Source: an uncultured Gammaproteobacteria bacterium | Lineage (GTDB): Bacteria > Pseudomonadota > Gammaproteobacteria > JABCZS01 | NCBI GenBank assembly: GCA_963848305.1 | Contig: CAWKDC010000001.1 | Coordinates: 128,001 to 192,000 of the forward strand | Length of the DNA stretch: 64,000 bases | Direction: 5' to 3' | Part shown: positions 1 to 10,066 of the stretch, piece after piece | Numbering within the stretch: position 1 is the stretch's first letter | Layout: the number at the start of each line of letters is the position of its first letter | The notes under the pieces: generated by a model | Database searches by the model: none | Seen by the model: only the letters and a program-made list of their open reading frames with translations | Told to the model about the DNA's origin: nothing | Position numbers and translations under genes: made by a program

Positions 1-713
1 TACCGAACCGGCATATTGGAACCATCCCGGGTGCGTGCAGGAAACACCCACTCGTCATTGCTGGTGGGTTTGGAGATCTCTTTCCATGCCTTCAGTGATT
101 GAGCCAGGGGCGGAGTCATATCAAGACGGCGACAAACCTGGTTCTTGGTTCCAACCAGGATATCGCCACCGCGGACGTGCTGAAGAATGTCAATGGTGTT
201 ACTTGCGAAGTCGACGTGGGACCATTTCAGGCCTGTGATTTCCCCAAGCCGCCCTCCAAACGTCCGGATGCAATCGAACAGTATTGAACTTTTGATCGGC
301 AGAAGCCTTGCTAGATTATCCAGGATCTCTTCTGGTGGAAGCTTTGGCTTAATGGGCGTCGGCTTGGCCGGAAGCTGGATGAACTTGCAAGGGTTGGTCT
401 CAAGACCAACCACTTTCGTGAATTTCATCAGGTGACTGTACGGGCCACTCAGATAGTTGCGGATTTTATAGCTGTTCACGATTCCCGTGCCTTCTGACAG
501 CATTTTATTGAACACGGGCTGGAGATCGTCGCGCGTGATGGCGGTGATAGGTCGATCCCCTATTGTCGGGAAAAGGTGCTTTGCGAATGCCAAGTTTTTG
601 TCCTGGATCGTGCCGGGCGCCTGGGCATGGCTTTCCTCCAGTTCTTTCATCCAGCCCAGCCAGCACTCCCTCAAGGGTGATGGCTGAACTTCAGGTTCGG
701 CAGGCTGTGACAT
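1..713 (-). CDS. Tyrosine recombinase / phage-type integrase, partial (runs off left edge)
   Basis: Not in ORF track. Manual translation from ATG at 713 is open to position 1: MSQPAEPEVQ...KHLFPTIGDRPITAITRDDLQPVF...TNPCKFIQLP...FGGRLGEITGLKWSHVDF...GTKNQVCRRLDM...WVFP. Contains the box I R-x-G-E...L-x-W-x-x-V-D motif and the catalytic Lys region. Confidence 0.85.
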   Translation of the reverse strand, partial: MSQPAEPEVQPSPLRECWLGWMKELEESHAQAPGTIQDKNLAFAKHLFPTIGDRPITAITRDDLQPVFNKMLSEGTGIVNSYKIRNYLSGPYSHLMKFTKVVGLETNPCKFIQLPAKPTPIKPKLPPEEILDNLARLLPIKSSILFDCIRTFGGRLGEITGLKWSHVDFASNTIDILQHVRGGDILVGTKNQVCRRLDMTPPLAQSLKAWKEISKPTSNDEWVFPARTRDGSNMPVR

Positions 714-727
714 CAGCGTGACATCAC

Positions 728-1284
728 TTACCACGGCCGGCGGCCTTCGCCACGCACCACATTTTTTTCCCGCCACGGCTTGAGGTCGTGGCTGAGCAAT
801 AAGATCCGCGCCGTCTCCCGGCCCACCTGGGGCACCAGTTTGCGTTTGACGGCCTGTTCGGCGACCAAACGGATGGTCCAACGGGCGTAACCTTCCGGCG
901 GCGGGCCACAAACCATGGCAATGATCCGCTGCTTCTGCGGTTCGTCCAACAGTTGCTCGGCACCCCGCCCTTGCCGCTCGTAAAGCGCACCCGACAACCC
1001 GCCACGCCTATATCGGTGGCTGATCCACCGCACCGCCTGCGGGGTCAGATGCACCAGTTTGGCTACCGCCGGCGCGGTCAAGCCCGCCGACAACTGCTCC
1101 AAGGCGAGGGCCCGCAGGACCACGCACACCTGCTGAATCCCGGCTCGCAAAAGTTGCCGAAGCTGCTTCTGATCTTCGGCCGATACTTTCACCTCAAGGG
1201 GGCGTCGCGACATGCCCCCGTATAGACCCAAGGATTTCCCAAAAACAAGACATTATAGAATCTTTTCATGCAGTCAAAGACCTA
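728..1284 (-). mobile_element. Truncated IS630-family insertion sequence (HTH part only)
   Basis: ORF 728..1231 has the IS630 N-terminal HTH features (CGPPPEGYARWTIRLVA...LKPWREK), then an A7 run (762-768) leading in another frame to MWCVA, which stops at once; no DDE domain. Possible terminus TAGGTCTTTGAC (minus strand) near 1284 is an inference. Confidence 0.75.
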
Positions 1285-1415
1285 GGGCATTGGACGCGTT
1301 CGGGCCCTCGACGGGTCGCGCTTTGGAGTGGGTTAGGCTCGGATCTGAAGTATCTGGACAGGGAATTGGATTATACTGCCGTTTAGAATACGATGGACTG
1401 CTGGGGAAAAACACG

Positions 1416-2513
1416 ATGGGGGCTCAGCCAGCGAAACTTGGTCCCAGAAAAGTAGGATCGTTGGGTAGCAGGCCGCTGCGAAATTTGGCCGTCGCTGGCC
1501 CTGCCGTCGTTTGGGGCGTGCTTCTTTTAATATTACTCTGCTCACCCCTAGTTTTGGCAACCCAGGAGGGCGGCAACTTTGCGGCCGCGGAGAAGTTGTA
1601 TGCCGCGGGGAAAGTCTCCGAAGCAGAGGCCCTTTATCAAACGATTGGGAGTGAGGATCGGAATTTCGCCCAGGTGCTCCGGCGTCTGGGGGGAATTTAC
1701 TATTTAAGCGGTCGCCTGGGGTTGGCCGAGGAAAAATTCGCCCGTTACGCCAACCTGCAGAACTCAGCCGAAGCCTACACCTTGTTGGCAGGGGTGCAGT
1801 TTGACCTTAAGAAGTTCGATCCCGCCGTAGCTTCGGCCGAACACGCTATTCGTCTCGACCCCAGTTTTTACAAGGCTTTTACCGCGCTGGGGATGATTCT
1901 TGCCGCCGCGGGCGATTGGCCCGGCGCGGAAAAGGCGTACCACGAGGCCCTGCGTTTGAACGAAGGAGACGCCGATACATGGTTCTTAATCGGGCGCGGC
2001 TACTTCTCGCGCAACGACTTCGAGAAGGCCCAGAATGCCTTCGAGGAATCGCTCAAACGCAGTCCACAGCAAGTCCGCAACTATACGAATCTCGCCCTGG
2101 CACTGGAAGCCATGAACCAAGATGATGCGGCAGAAAAAGTACTGCAGCAGGGTACGCAAGTCGGTGAGGCCCAGGGGCGGCCTGATGTCACGGCGGCGGT
2201 GAATTACGGAATTTTTCTCTTGGAGCACGAGCGTAACGCAGAAAGTATGAGTGTTTTGGGCCAGGCCATCAAGGCGTCACCTCAAGATGCCGAGGCCCAC
2301 TACCAACTCGCCCGTTGCCTATTCCGCATGAAGCACTTTGAGGAGGCCGCGGCAGAAGGAGAGGCGTCCGTGCGCCTGAGCGGTCCCAACTATAAAGTGC
2401 AGTATTTGCTGGCACGGATCTACACCGCGCGGGGCGACACCGCGAATGCGGCGCGTCATGCTGAAGAAGCCGCCCATCTTGCCGACCAGAAACTCGCCTC
2501 GAGTAAGGAGTAG
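1416..2513 (+). CDS. Tetratricopeptide-repeat protein, probably exported
   Basis: Hydrophobic signal-like segment (VVWGVLLLILLCSPLVLA), then many TPRs (AYTLLAGVQFDLKKFDPAV..., AHYQLARCLFRMKHFEEA). Start uncertain; ORF track begins at 1212. Confidence 0.85.
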   Translation: MGAQPAKLGPRKVGSLGSRPLRNLAVAGPAVVWGVLLLILLCSPLVLATQEGGNFAAAEKLYAAGKVSEAEALYQTIGSEDRNFAQVLRRLGGIYYLSGRLGLAEEKFARYANLQNSAEAYTLLAGVQFDLKKFDPAVASAEHAIRLDPSFYKAFTALGMILAAAGDWPGAEKAYHEALRLNEGDADTWFLIGRGYFSRNDFEKAQNAFEESLKRSPQQVRNYTNLALALEAMNQDDAAEKVLQQGTQVGEAQGRPDVTAAVNYGIFLLEHERNAESMSVLGQAIKASPQDAEAHYQLARCLFRMKHFEEAAAEGEASVRLSGPNYKVQYLLARIYTARGDTANAARHAEEAAHLADQKLASSKE

Positions 2514-2530
2514 CGCCGTCCCGGGAGTCG

Positions 2531-4294
2531 CTACTGGGGTTCGGTCACCGTTAGAATCTGATCGGCCGGGATACTGGTAAGTTCCTGCCGCGCACCGCTG
2601 GGCCAGCGGATTTCCAGGCGTTTGACCACCGCATCGCGTCCCAGTCCGAAATGCACGCGCCGGTCGCTCGATCCGGCATAGCCCACGCTAGTCGTGACGT
2701 GGTTGTACTGGGTCCCACTCTCCGTCTCGACTCTTAACTCGGCGCCAATTCCGTCGCGATTACTGCGCGTCCCGACGGTTTTCACCAGAAGCCAATGATT
2801 TTCCTTGGCGGAGATATTTTGGAGTATTTGCGCCGGCGCTCCTAAGGCGGAAACCGCCAGATCGATACGCCCGTCATTATTCAAATCACCAAAGGCACAG
2901 CCGCGGTGCGCCAGGGGCCGCTCGAAATCCTGACCGGCATCGGCTGAGCCGTCCATGAAGCGACCCTTATCGTTCAGGAAGACCGCGTTGGGTTGCCGGA
3001 AAGGGACATTCATCTGCTCCAGCTCGATTTTGTCGTTCACGTGAGAATTGACCGCCACCAAATCCTTCCAACCGTCATTATTCATATCGTAAATCCCATT
3101 ACTCCACCCGCTCAGGAAGAGGCTCCAGCGCGCGAGCAAACTTGGATGAGTGAAATCGTCAAAGATCCCATGGCCCTCATTATGAAAATAAGAAAAGGTC
3201 TCATTGGAGATTGCGGTCACGAACAGGTCAGGCTGCCCGTCATTGTCCACATCTCGGAAATCGGTGCCCATGTAAGATAGGGCGGCACCGTCACCATTAA
3301 AGGCCACTCCTGCCTGCAGGGCCACTTCGTTAAAAGTGCCGTTACCGTTGTTGTGGAACAGAAAATTACGCGTTGTGTCGTTGGCCACAAAGACGTCCGG
3401 GTAGCCGTCATCGTCGTAGTCGGCGAACGATACCCCCATGCCTTTTCCCAAATGTGCGCGAATACCGGAGGAATCCGAGACGTCCGTAAACGTTCCATCG
3501 CGGTTATTATGATAGAGCATATTGGGCAAGGGCTGAAATTCTGAAGGATGACAGTAGACTCGGGAACCCCTCCGGGAGGCGGAGCAATAGGGATTCTCAT
3601 CGAGATTCCAGGCACAGTAGTTGACCACAAAGAGGTCGAGCCAGCCATCGTTGTCGTAATCAAACCAGCCCGCGGCCACCGACCAGGTTTTTCCTCGCTG
3701 CGGGTCGAGCCCAGCGACGCCGGCGCGGGCAGTAACGTCGGTGAACGTTCCATCGTGGTTATTGTGGTAGAGGATGTTTCGATTCACCCCGGTTACGTAG
3801 AGGTCTTCCCAGCCATCATTGTCATAGTCGGCCGCGGCAACCCCCATCGAGTAGCCTTCGCCTTTCACGCCGGCTTGTTCGGTCACGTCGGTGAAGGTGC
3901 CATCTCCGTTATTTCGGTAAAGACGATTCCAGTATTGTGGCCCGGTCTTTTGAAGTTCAGGAATGTGGGCCCCATTGGCAAAGTAGAGGTCCGGCAGGCC
4001 ATCATTGTTATAGTCGAAAACGGCCACACCCGCGACCATGGGCTCGATCTGATATTTATAGGGCGTCGCGCAATTGTCGAGCACAAAATGCACGCCGGCG
4101 CTTGCGGCAATGTCCTTAAATCTGACCGTAAGAGCTGAACCTGGGGGGGTGGCTTCCCGGCGCGGTGGCAGTGCCCCAAAAGTCAGAATTAGTGCACCCA
4201 CCACAGAAGCTACTAACGTCCAGGTGAATTTTAGTGGCCCGCCGTACCAACGCTTCATTGCGGTGGAGCTCCAGGGCGTGGGTTTTGACAGCAC
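2531..4294 (-). CDS. CRTAC1-family protein (FG-GAP/VCBS repeats plus ASPIC/UnbV domain)
   Basis: Repeated DYDNDGxxDL Ca-binding motifs, NRLYRNNGDGTFTDVT, and C-terminal SNRDGIGA...RVHFGLG...IRWPSG. Confidence 0.9.
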   Translation of the reverse strand: MLSKPTPWSSTAMKRWYGGPLKFTWTLVASVVGALILTFGALPPRREATPPGSALTVRFKDIAASAGVHFVLDNCATPYKYQIEPMVAGVAVFDYNNDGLPDLYFANGAHIPELQKTGPQYWNRLYRNNGDGTFTDVTEQAGVKGEGYSMGVAAADYDNDGWEDLYVTGVNRNILYHNNHDGTFTDVTARAGVAGLDPQRGKTWSVAAGWFDYDNDGWLDLFVVNYCAWNLDENPYCSASRRGSRVYCHPSEFQPLPNMLYHNNRDGTFTDVSDSSGIRAHLGKGMGVSFADYDDDGYPDVFVANDTTRNFLFHNNGNGTFNEVALQAGVAFNGDGAALSYMGTDFRDVDNDGQPDLFVTAISNETFSYFHNEGHGIFDDFTHPSLLARWSLFLSGWSNGIYDMNNDGWKDLVAVNSHVNDKIELEQMNVPFRQPNAVFLNDKGRFMDGSADAGQDFERPLAHRGCAFGDLNNDGRIDLAVSALGAPAQILQNISAKENHWLLVKTVGTRSNRDGIGAELRVETESGTQYNHVTTSVGYAGSSDRRVHFGLGRDAVVKRLEIRWPSGARQELTSIPADQILTVTEPQ

Positions 4295-4571
4295 AGTTTC
4301 AACAGCAGCAAATCGCTAAGCCTATGCATGGCGGCACATGTCCAAGCCGGGAAAAAGCGCCGAGTGCTGGGTCCTACATACAATTATGTTCTGAGGCCCC
4401 GTGGCCCTATGGTCCCACAGCAATCTTCCTCCGTCAACGCTATCGAATGGTCCGCATGGACCCGCTTCTTGAGTAATCACTTTATCCGCTCAATCTGGCG
4501 GGCGGAGGCGGCAGTTCGACAGTCGAATAAAGAGGCGCTATAGTGGACACGACGCGCCCGGGAGGTGGTAC

Positions 4572-5687
4572 TTGGATCAGGATGGCATTGAAAGACGTTA
4601 CTTCGTTGAGGCGGCAGCGAAGGTCTTGGACGTACTGGAGAGCTTTGATACCGGCGAAGACGAACTTACGGTCACCGAAGTTGCGCGGCGCGCTAGCGTG
4701 ACCTACTCTTCGGCATTCCGATTACTGTATACCCTCGAGAAACGCGGGTATGTGATGCGGCGTCTTGGGGGAAAGAAGTTCGTTCGTACCCCGGCCCGAA
4801 AACGATATCGGATCGGGTACGCTGCGCTCGACAACTCGATGAAGTTCTGTGCCAATGTAACGCGGAGCATGGTGTTGGCTGCCCGCAATTATGGTATTGA
4901 CCTGGTCGTGAAAGACAATGAGACGAGCCCACCGAAGACGCTGGCGAACCTCGACAGCCTGCTGGAAGAGGGAATTCATCTGCTGATTGAATATCAGGCA
5001 AACGAGGCAGTTGCGCACCTGATCTCCACGAAATGTCATGAAGCTCAAATCCCGGTCATCGCGGTCAATTTCTCTTTGCCCGGAGCCTATTATTTCGGTG
5101 GAAATAACTACTTGGCAGGCAAATTGGCTGGCCAATTCTTGAGTGAATCTGCCACCGGGATCGCCCAAAAGGGAGCAAACAAATTCCTGATTCTTCCGGG
5201 CAAGGGCATGGGCTCAACGCAGGAAACACGGGTAACCGGTATCCTCGATGGCTTGCGGCAGAGCCTTCCCCGGCTGCCTAAAGCCGACATTCTAACCGCC
5301 GCACCAGGCTTGACAACCCACGATGGTTATCGCGCCACCAAGGACTGGCTTCAACCCCTTGCCGGTTCCTCGAAAAAGATGAAGATATTGATTGCTGCTT
5401 TGACAGATCCTTTGGGCATCGGAGCGGCGCGGGCGATTGCCAAGATGGGAATGGGCGATAGAACATGCATTGTAGGACAGGGGGGCGGCGACGACGCCCG
5501 GCAATACCTGCGGCTGGGAAGATCCTTTAAAGCCACGGTGGCTTATTTCCCCCATACCTATGGCGGGCGTGTGATGCCACTGGCTTTGAAAGTTCTCGCC
5601 GGCGATAAAGTGCCGTTAATCGCCTACACCGATCACGTTGTCCTGACCGAACAGAACCTGCCTGAGTATTATCCCCCTTGCGTGTAG
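4572..5687 (+). CDS. Transcriptional regulator: IclR-type wHTH fused to a periplasmic-binding-protein (RbsB/LacI-like) domain
   Basis: N-term VEAAAKVLDVLESF...LTVTEVARRASVTYSSAFRLLYTLEKRGYV; C-term RIGYAAL...IPVIAVNF...GGNNYLAGKLAG...IVGQGG. Confidence 0.8.
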   Translation: MDQDGIERRYFVEAAAKVLDVLESFDTGEDELTVTEVARRASVTYSSAFRLLYTLEKRGYVMRRLGGKKFVRTPARKRYRIGYAALDNSMKFCANVTRSMVLAARNYGIDLVVKDNETSPPKTLANLDSLLEEGIHLLIEYQANEAVAHLISTKCHEAQIPVIAVNFSLPGAYYFGGNNYLAGKLAGQFLSESATGIAQKGANKFLILPGKGMGSTQETRVTGILDGLRQSLPRLPKADILTAAPGLTTHDGYRATKDWLQPLAGSSKKMKILIAALTDPLGIGAARAIAKMGMGDRTCIVGQGGGDDARQYLRLGRSFKATVAYFPHTYGGRVMPLALKVLAGDKVPLIAYTDHVVLTEQNLPEYYPPCV

Positions 5688-6012
5688 CTTCTAGATCACT
5701 CCCACCTTGGACCGAGTCCTCTTCAAACAGCGAATAAAATGGTCCCTCAATGGTCAACTCATCTTCGACCATCGAATAAAGAAGGATATCGGCCTTCACA
5801 AACCTTGACTCGGTCCACCGAAATGCGTATAAGAGGTCGGGGCGATACCGAATTCAAAACTCAAACGTGTGGGGAGCGTCATGGTTATGCGGCTTGCGCT
5901 TTGGTTGTGCGCTTAACTTGGCAAAGTTGCGCAGCGCACGTGGAAATAACCCACCTCTAGCTTCGTAGCGAACCACCCGGCATTGAATCAGGCTACAGAA
6001 GGATGGAAAACG

Positions 6013-7494
6013 ATGAAGCGCGTCGACGGGCTGGAATATGGCAAGGAAAGCTGGCACTTGGACGTGCCGGATGATGCGGTTGTTTTTGAGCATCCGGCGC
6101 CACAACAGGTTCATCTCTCTCTAAGCAATCCCTCCGAGAAACTCCAAGAGACACTTCAACACCCTCTGGGTATGCCGAGACTCGATCAGTTGGTTGACCA
6201 CACTTCGCGTGTGTCAATCACCATGAACGACTGGATGGGCGGCAGCCTTTACGCTGCACCTGCCGTGCTTAGCATTCTTCGCCAGGCGGGCGTGAAGGAT
6301 GGAAACATCCGAATGATGGTAGCAGGAGGGACGCATGCCAAGGTGACGCGGGGCGAGCTTGTGGCTTCGAGGTTGGCACGTTGGATTACTGGCAACAAGC
6401 CGCCCTTCCCGGATGCGTGCCGCATTCTTCCACCTGAATTGATCACTGAATGGTCAGGCGGTCATGAGCGCATCGAGAGGCATGATTCGACGGATCATTC
6501 GCGCCTGGTCAACTTGGGGGTATCCGAGTGTGGCGACTTAGTGGAAGTAAACAAGATCCTGCTGGAAAGCGATTTAATTGTCCACCTGGGCTGGGGACCG
6601 CTGCCGCTGTCGCCTTTCGGGGGGTTCCTGGGGACCGGTTTGGCGATCGGATTATCGAGTGACCGCTCAATCCTGCCTCGCCATTCTCCAAGCCAAATTA
6701 ACCATCCGGATAGCATCGCCGCAGATCCTCATCAGCAACTCTACCAACGGCATAAGCTTGCAGTTATGGACAAGATTGAGAAGTCCATTTCAGCGAAGAT
6801 TTTCTATATCGATCCTTTCATCAATGTGGACGTACAGTTCGCATATGGGTGGTGGGCGGGAAACTGGCGTGAGCTCCGGGAGAAACAGATTGCGGTTGCA
6901 TCGGAAGAGTACGTGGTGAAATTACCACGCGGCGCCGACATTCTAGTTTTGGGTTGCCCAGGGTACATGTTGCACGGGGAAACCTCCAATCCCATGATCG
7001 CTTTAACCCACGTCGCCAACACGATGCGGGGCTATTTACCTCCTAATCCCGTATTGCGAAAAGGCGGAGTCGTAATTATGACCACTCCCGGCAACGGGAA
7101 CTTTGATGAGCGCTATCGGCCCTCGGACCGCGAGGTGCTCGAACATTATGCTCATGTGGGTCGAAATGTTGACGATCTATTTGACCAATATGCGGAAGAG
7201 TACCTCACTCGCGAGGACCTGTTGTATAAATATCGCCACTGCTATGGTTTTCATCCCATCCATCCATTTTGGATTCTGGCATCGACACAGTATGTCTTCG
7301 ATCATGCGTCGAAGGTGATTTATGCGGGGGCGAAAGAATCTGAGATGAGTCGCCAGTTGGGAATAACGGTTGTTCCTGATTTGCAGGCCGCGTGGCAGAT
7401 GGCTGTGGCTGAAACTGGACCTCAACCGGAGGTCACAGTACTTCCCAACTCGTCCAAACGACTATATACGATATTCGATATCGCCGAACCCTAG
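6013..7494 (+). CDS. LarA / lactate-racemase superfamily (DUF2088) protein, divergent
   Basis: HPLGMPRLDQLV...VSITMND, VAGGTH, RHDSTD..LVNLG...VEVNK....SDLIV, ADILVLG, LRKGGVVI match the LarA fold pattern. Confidence 0.75.
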   Translation: MKRVDGLEYGKESWHLDVPDDAVVFEHPAPQQVHLSLSNPSEKLQETLQHPLGMPRLDQLVDHTSRVSITMNDWMGGSLYAAPAVLSILRQAGVKDGNIRMMVAGGTHAKVTRGELVASRLARWITGNKPPFPDACRILPPELITEWSGGHERIERHDSTDHSRLVNLGVSECGDLVEVNKILLESDLIVHLGWGPLPLSPFGGFLGTGLAIGLSSDRSILPRHSPSQINHPDSIAADPHQQLYQRHKLAVMDKIEKSISAKIFYIDPFINVDVQFAYGWWAGNWRELREKQIAVASEEYVVKLPRGADILVLGCPGYMLHGETSNPMIALTHVANTMRGYLPPNPVLRKGGVVIMTTPGNGNFDERYRPSDREVLEHYAHVGRNVDDLFDQYAEEYLTREDLLYKYRHCYGFHPIHPFWILASTQYVFDHASKVIYAGAKESEMSRQLGITVVPDLQAAWQMAVAETGPQPEVTVLPNSSKRLYTIFDIAEP

Positions 7495-7588
7495 ATGGCT
7501 TTACAAGGTGGACCATGGTACGGCCCCGAGGTCGTTGAGCGATTTTCAGGAGGAGTGATTGAATAGAACGGGGCGGAGGTAAGCACAT

Positions 7589-8395
7589 ATGTCGGTCAAG
7601 GGTAAGGTTGCTGTCGTAACCGGCGGCGGTCAGGGGATTGGGCGAGGAATCGCCCTCCGATTGGCCTCTAAAGGTGCAGACATTGGGATTGCCGACAGGA
7701 ATCTTGAAACAGCGACTGCCGTGGGCGAGGAAATCAGAAAGTTAGGGAGAAAAGCTGTAGCGGTTAAAGTGGACACCTCGGTTTGTTCTGAGATTCCGTC
7801 AATGGTGGAAAGAATGATCCAGGAATTTGGCCAGGTTGATATCTGGGTGAACAACGCTGGGATCATGCAAACGAAAGCGCTGCTGGAAATCACGGAGGAA
7901 GATTGGGACAGAATGATAGACGTCAATGCCAAAGGAACCTTCTTTTGCACTCAGGCGATCGCCAAGCACATGGTCAAGCGGGGTTCCGGACTCATCGTCA
8001 ATATCACCTCGGGTCAGAGAGCGAGGCCCATGGCGGGACACTATGCAGCAAGCAAGATGGCTGTTGATATCGGGACGATGACCGCGGCCCTAACTCTGGC
8101 TCCCTATAAGGTTCGTGTCAACGCCATCGATCCCGGTATTGTTATCACCCCCATGTGGAATCAGATGGACGAGGATCGGGTCCGGCTGTTTGGTGTCCCT
8201 CCAGGAGAGGCGACGAAGAGATGGGTGGCGCAGGTTCCCACCGGAAAGATTACGATCCCCGAAGAGGTCGGGGGAGTTATAGCCTTTCTGGCCTCTGATG
8301 ATGCAGCCAATATTACGGGGCAGATCATTCGGCTAACTGGAGGAACTGACCTAGCAACTTTTGAGAAGTCTCAAGAAAAAGACAAGAAGTCATAG
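7589..8395 (+). CDS. SDR-family NAD(P)-dependent oxidoreductase
   Basis: TGGGQGIG, NNAG, YAASK, VNAIDPG motifs; RBS GGAGG upstream. Confidence 0.92.
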   Translation: MSVKGKVAVVTGGGQGIGRGIALRLASKGADIGIADRNLETATAVGEEIRKLGRKAVAVKVDTSVCSEIPSMVERMIQEFGQVDIWVNNAGIMQTKALLEITEEDWDRMIDVNAKGTFFCTQAIAKHMVKRGSGLIVNITSGQRARPMAGHYAASKMAVDIGTMTAALTLAPYKVRVNAIDPGIVITPMWNQMDEDRVRLFGVPPGEATKRWVAQVPTGKITIPEEVGGVIAFLASDDAANITGQIIRLTGGTDLATFEKSQEKDKKS

Positions 8396-8476
8396 TGTAA
8401 ATTTCCCTTGGACGTCGTCAAGGGTGGATTTGAAGTGAAATTCGGTCTTTGGGGCTGCCAAGCCCGGGGTGATTTG

Positions 8477-8932
8477 ATGATTAAAGGAATGCATCACGCA
8501 AACGTCGTGGTCTCCGACATGGAAAGAACCAAGAAGTTCTATACGGAAGTTCTCGGTTTCGCGATAGCGCTCGAGGCCTCCATCGACGACATGGAATTCG
8601 CTCGTGGCGTGGGTTCTCCAGGAACCAAGGTTCAGGCTACGTTCTTTGCTGTGCCCGGAACCCCCACTTTGATCGAGACGTTTCAATTCTTGAGTCCATC
8701 GAGCCGACCGGTAGCCGCGGATTCCAAACCTACCGACATGGGGGTGGGCCACATCTGCTTTGAAGTGGATGACATCGACAGGACCTACCAGGAGCTTCGC
8801 AGCAAAGGTGTCGAGTTCGCTTCGACTCCCGTTACGATTTCTCCCGATCATCCAAAGGCAGGGGGAATTCGGTGGTGTTACTTTTACGGTCCCGACGGAG
8901 AGCGTTTGGAAATCCTTCAGGCGCCCAAATAA
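8477..8932 (+). CDS. VOC (glyoxalase/epimerase) family protein
   Basis: MHHANVVVSDMERTKKFY, GHICFEVDDI, GPDGERLEILQ. Confidence 0.88.
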   Translation: MIKGMHHANVVVSDMERTKKFYTEVLGFAIALEASIDDMEFARGVGSPGTKVQATFFAVPGTPTLIETFQFLSPSSRPVAADSKPTDMGVGHICFEVDDIDRTYQELRSKGVEFASTPVTISPDHPKAGGIRWCYFYGPDGERLEILQAPK

Positions 8933-8977
8933 GTTCGATCGAGTAGCTATCTTGGGTAATCGCGGAGTTCACCGACG

Positions 8978-10066
8978 ATGCCAATAAAAATTGGCGTTAT
9001 AGGAATTGGCTGGTGGGCAGTAGAGAACCACATCCCTATGCTCCAGGCCCTGCCTGACGTGGAAGTAACCTCCATCTGCGGGATCGGGCAGGAAAAACTC
9101 AAGAGTGTTCGGGAGCGATTTGGAATTCGTGTCGGCACAGAAGATTATCGGGAACTTCTGAATGAAGAAAGGCTGGACGGAGTGGTGGTGAGCTCCCCAC
9201 ATCAGTTCCACTATGAACACAGCACCGCAGCGCTGGAGCGTGGAATCCACGTGCTCTGTGAAAAGCCAATGACGTTGAGAGCGTCAGACGCGAATCGCAT
9301 GGTGGAATTAGTCGAATCAAAGCGGCTACACTTCTTGATTCCCTACGGATGGAGCTATACAGACTTTGCAAGTTTTGCGCGCGAGCAGGTTCTGGGGGGA
9401 AGAATCGGAAAAATCGAGCAGGTACACTGTTATATGGCGACAGCGACCCGTGAAATCTTCAGTGGGGTTGGCGCATGGTTCACGGCAGAGGCCGTTCTCA
9501 AACCGGAGACGGCCACTTGGAGTGATCCGGCCGTGGGCGGAGGATTTGCTCACGGGCAACTCACTCATCTTCTGGGGTTATTGCTTTGGATTACGGAGCT
9601 CGAGCCAGTTGAGGTGTTTGCGTTTGTCGGAAGGTCCGTAACGGGTGCCGACGTGTTTGATTCATTCGTTTGCCGTTTCAAAGGAGGTATTACGGGAACC
9701 ATAAGCGGCACCGGTGCTCTGCCTCCACCCTCACCCCACGAGCTAGATATAAGGATTTTTGGAAGCGAAGGGATGCTCCATTTGGATATCGAAAGGCCAA
9801 GACTCGAAGTGCGGCGCGGCGACGGGCATAACTACTCTCTCCCCATGAGCATTAGGTCTGGGTTCTACGCGTGTCTTGAACCTCTACGAGTTTTCGTGGA
9901 CTTGATAAAAGGTAAGCCTGTGGAGAACCGGTCACCGGCTTGGTTAGGAGCCCGGGTCGTGGGGATTCTTGAGGCGAGCCTTCGCTCGGCCGCCACGGGT
10001 AGGCCGGAGGTTGTATATCGCCCTCCAAGGATTGCAGAAGATCGGATGGTGATGCCAGGAAGCTGA
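8978..10066 (+). CDS. Gfo/Idh/MocA-family oxidoreductase
   Basis: KIGVIGIG, SSPHQFHYE, HVLCEKP, GGG...H motifs. Confidence 0.92.
   Translation: MPIKIGVIGIGWWAVENHIPMLQALPDVEVTSICGIGQEKLKSVRERFGIRVGTEDYRELLNEERLDGVVVSSPHQFHYEHSTAALERGIHVLCEKPMTLRASDANRMVELVESKRLHFLIPYGWSYTDFASFAREQVLGGRIGKIEQVHCYMATATREIFSGVGAWFTAEAVLKPETATWSDPAVGGGFAHGQLTHLLGLLLWITELEPVEVFAFVGRSVTGADVFDSFVCRFKGGITGTISGTGALPPPSPHELDIRIFGSEGMLHLDIERPRLEVRRGDGHNYSLPMSIRSGFYACLEPLRVFVDLIKGKPVENRSPAWLGARVVGILEASLRSAATGRPEVVYRPPRIAEDRMVMPGS

Noticed and set aside
35-687. Short plus-strand ORFs at the left edge
   Set aside because: Antisense shadows of the integrase.
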